From NCBI GenBank assembly GCA_903951405.1, contig CAJBBV010000168.1:1-59684 (forward strand): a DNA stretch of 59,684 nucleotides. The letters are read 5' to 3'. The notes beneath the pieces are model-generated. The model made no database searches, had not been told where the DNA came from, and was given only the letters and a program-made list of their open reading frames with translations. Every line of letters begins with the position of its first letter. Position 1 is the first letter of the stretch. The position numbers were made by a program, and so were the translations under genes. The stretch comes from an uncultured bacterium (lineage in GTDB: Bacteria; Bacteroidota; Bacteroidia; Chitinophagales; Chitinophagaceae). Of the stretch, positions 58,467-59,684 are shown in pieces.

Positions 58467-58529
58467 CTAATGCCTAACATCTAATTACTAACGTCTAACG
58501 TCTAACGTCTAACTCCTCACGTCTATTAA
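58467..58529 (+). repeat. Heptamer array CTAACNN x9 (inverted relative to 58312-58374)
   Basis: CTAATGC CTAACAT CTAATTA CTAACGT CTAACGT CTAACGT CTAACTC CTCACGT CTATTAA. Confidence 0.95.
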
Positions 58530-58547
58530 ATTCGTAATTTCACCACC

Positions 58548-59684
58548 ATGTCATCCAAACAAAAAAAATACAAAGGGTTCTCGTCGCTCGCCATTCATGC
58601 TGGTCAACATCCTGATCCGATGTATGCGCATCTAACTCCTATTTATGCGTCATCTACATACGTGTATGATAATGCAGAGCAGGGCATGAAGCGCTTTTCC
58701 GGAGAAGAGCCTGGATATATTTATTCACGTTGGGGTAATCCTACGATGAATGAAGCGGAAGAAAAGATTGCTGCGATGGAATGTTTTGAGATTGAAAGAA
58801 ATGGAGTGGCTTTGCAAGCCAAAGCAATTTTGCATGCATCTGGAATGGGTGCTATCAGCTCGTTATTTCTAGCTACACTTAAGAAAGGAGATAAAATTCT
58901 TACGCATTATTCATTGTATAGCGGTACACAAGATTTAATGAAAACATTGTTGGAGCCGCTTGAAGTAGAAGCCGTCATTGTTGACTTGCGAGATCTTTCT
59001 ATTGCAGAAAAATTTCTCAAGGAAGATGCTGCTATTAAAATGATATACCTTGAAACGCCTGCCAATCCTACGCTTCAGTGTGTTGACTTAGCCGCGTTGA
59101 GTGCATTGGCAAAGCAGTATGGTAAATTAACGGCATGCGACAATACCTTTTCAACACCGTATTTTCAACAGCCGTTTAAATTTGGAATTGATTTCATTGT
59201 GCATTCTACCACGAAGTTTTTGAATGGACATGGTACCGCTATTGGTGGTGTATTGTTGGGGACAGATATCGAATTCATGAAAACACGTGCAACAAAAACA
59301 CATCGTTTGTTGGGTGGAAATAGCAATGCCTTTGATGCATTTTTATTGATCAACGGAATGAAGACCTTAGAAGTGCGCATGCAGCGTCATGGTGATAATG
59401 CGATGAAGGTGGCTGATTTTTTAATTCAACATCCGGCTGTGGCTACTGTAAATTATAATGGGTTATCTACTCATCCTGATTTCGCTGTTTCTTCAAAGCA
59501 AATGCGACATCCTGGTGCAATGATGAGCTTTGAACTGAAGGGTGGCTATGATGCTGGAGTGCAATTCATGAACAAACTTCAGTTGTGTACACGCACTGTC
59601 TCGTTGGGAACATGTGATACATTATTATCACATCCCGCATCGATGTCTCATTCCAGTGTGCCCCGTGAAAGCAGATTAGAATAC
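58548..59684 (+). CDS. Trans-sulfuration PLP enzyme (methionine gamma-lyase / cystathionine gamma-synthase family), 3'-truncated by the window edge
   Basis: Not in the ORF track. Manual translation gives MSSKQKKYKGFSSLAIHAGQ...YIYSRWGNPT...SGMGAI...YLETPANPT...DNTFSTP...VHSTTKFLNGHG...SLGTCDTLLSHPASMSH. Confidence 0.92.
   Translation, partial: MSSKQKKYKGFSSLAIHAGQHPDPMYAHLTPIYASSTYVYDNAEQGMKRFSGEEPGYIYSRWGNPTMNEAEEKIAAMECFEIERNGVALQAKAILHASGMGAISSLFLATLKKGDKILTHYSLYSGTQDLMKTLLEPLEVEAVIVDLRDLSIAEKFLKEDAAIKMIYLETPANPTLQCVDLAALSALAKQYGKLTACDNTFSTPYFQQPFKFGIDFIVHSTTKFLNGHGTAIGGVLLGTDIEFMKTRATKTHRLLGGNSNAFDAFLLINGMKTLEVRMQRHGDNAMKVADFLIQHPAVATVNYNGLSTHPDFAVSSKQMRHPGAMMSFELKGGYDAGVQFMNKLQLCTRTVSLGTCDTLLSHPASMSHSSVPRESRLEY

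Noticed and set aside
57209-58529. Heptamer arrays as a CRISPR array
   Set aside because: The period is 7 bp, with no 23-47 bp repeats separated by unique spacers, and there are no cas genes.
58312-58529. Classical IS or MITE call
   Set aside because: There is no transposase, the arms are not perfect terminal inverted repeats, and I could not identify a target-site duplication. Kept only as a hypothesis in the findings.
46-59380. Numerous 60-180 aa ORFs antisense to or nested in long genes (e.g. 1650-1997, 18276-18692, 23053-23595, 29773-30168, 57324-57767, 59165-59380)
   Set aside because: They are shadows of well-supported genes and carry no recognisable motifs.
1-59684. tRNA or rRNA genes
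   Set aside because: Intergenic gaps are short and I saw no cloverleaf or rRNA signatures by eye. tRNAscan-SE or Infernal would be needed to exclude small RNAs.

Overview
An AT-rich, gene-dense stretch of core chromosome from a Bacteroidota bacterium, most consistent with Chitinophagaceae (an inference from gene content and TAnnTTTG promoters). It holds about 45 genes. Housekeeping: fmt, pepT, prmC, ribD, rlmI, grpE-dnaJ, hpt, recN, fabI/fabD/fabH, trpS, gatC, folD, guaB, ruvA. Cofactor synthesis: mqnB-mqnD, two tandem PTPS-family genes plus folE, queE, a PduO-type adenosyltransferase. Type IX secretion: sprA, a PorP/SprF barrel, a PorE-like protein and two PKD-repeat type-B cargo proteins. 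Also present are dprA and a trans-sulfuration PLP enzyme that is cut off by the right edge and missing from the ORF track. I saw no rRNA, tRNA, CRISPR, transposase, integrase or phage genes. The most striking unexplained structure is a family of intergenic heptamer arrays (CTAACNN / NNGTTAG) at four loci. They keep strict 7-bp phase. At two loci they form inverted pairs around a short spacer, and one spacer may be a gene relic. They begin in phase with stop codons or end at or just before promoter -7 boxes. Other signals: five genes that look leaderless, a sigma54-like promoter before grpE, and two tandem PTPS paralogs with the animal-type C-X5-HGH motif. All product calls come from motif recognition by eye, without database searches.
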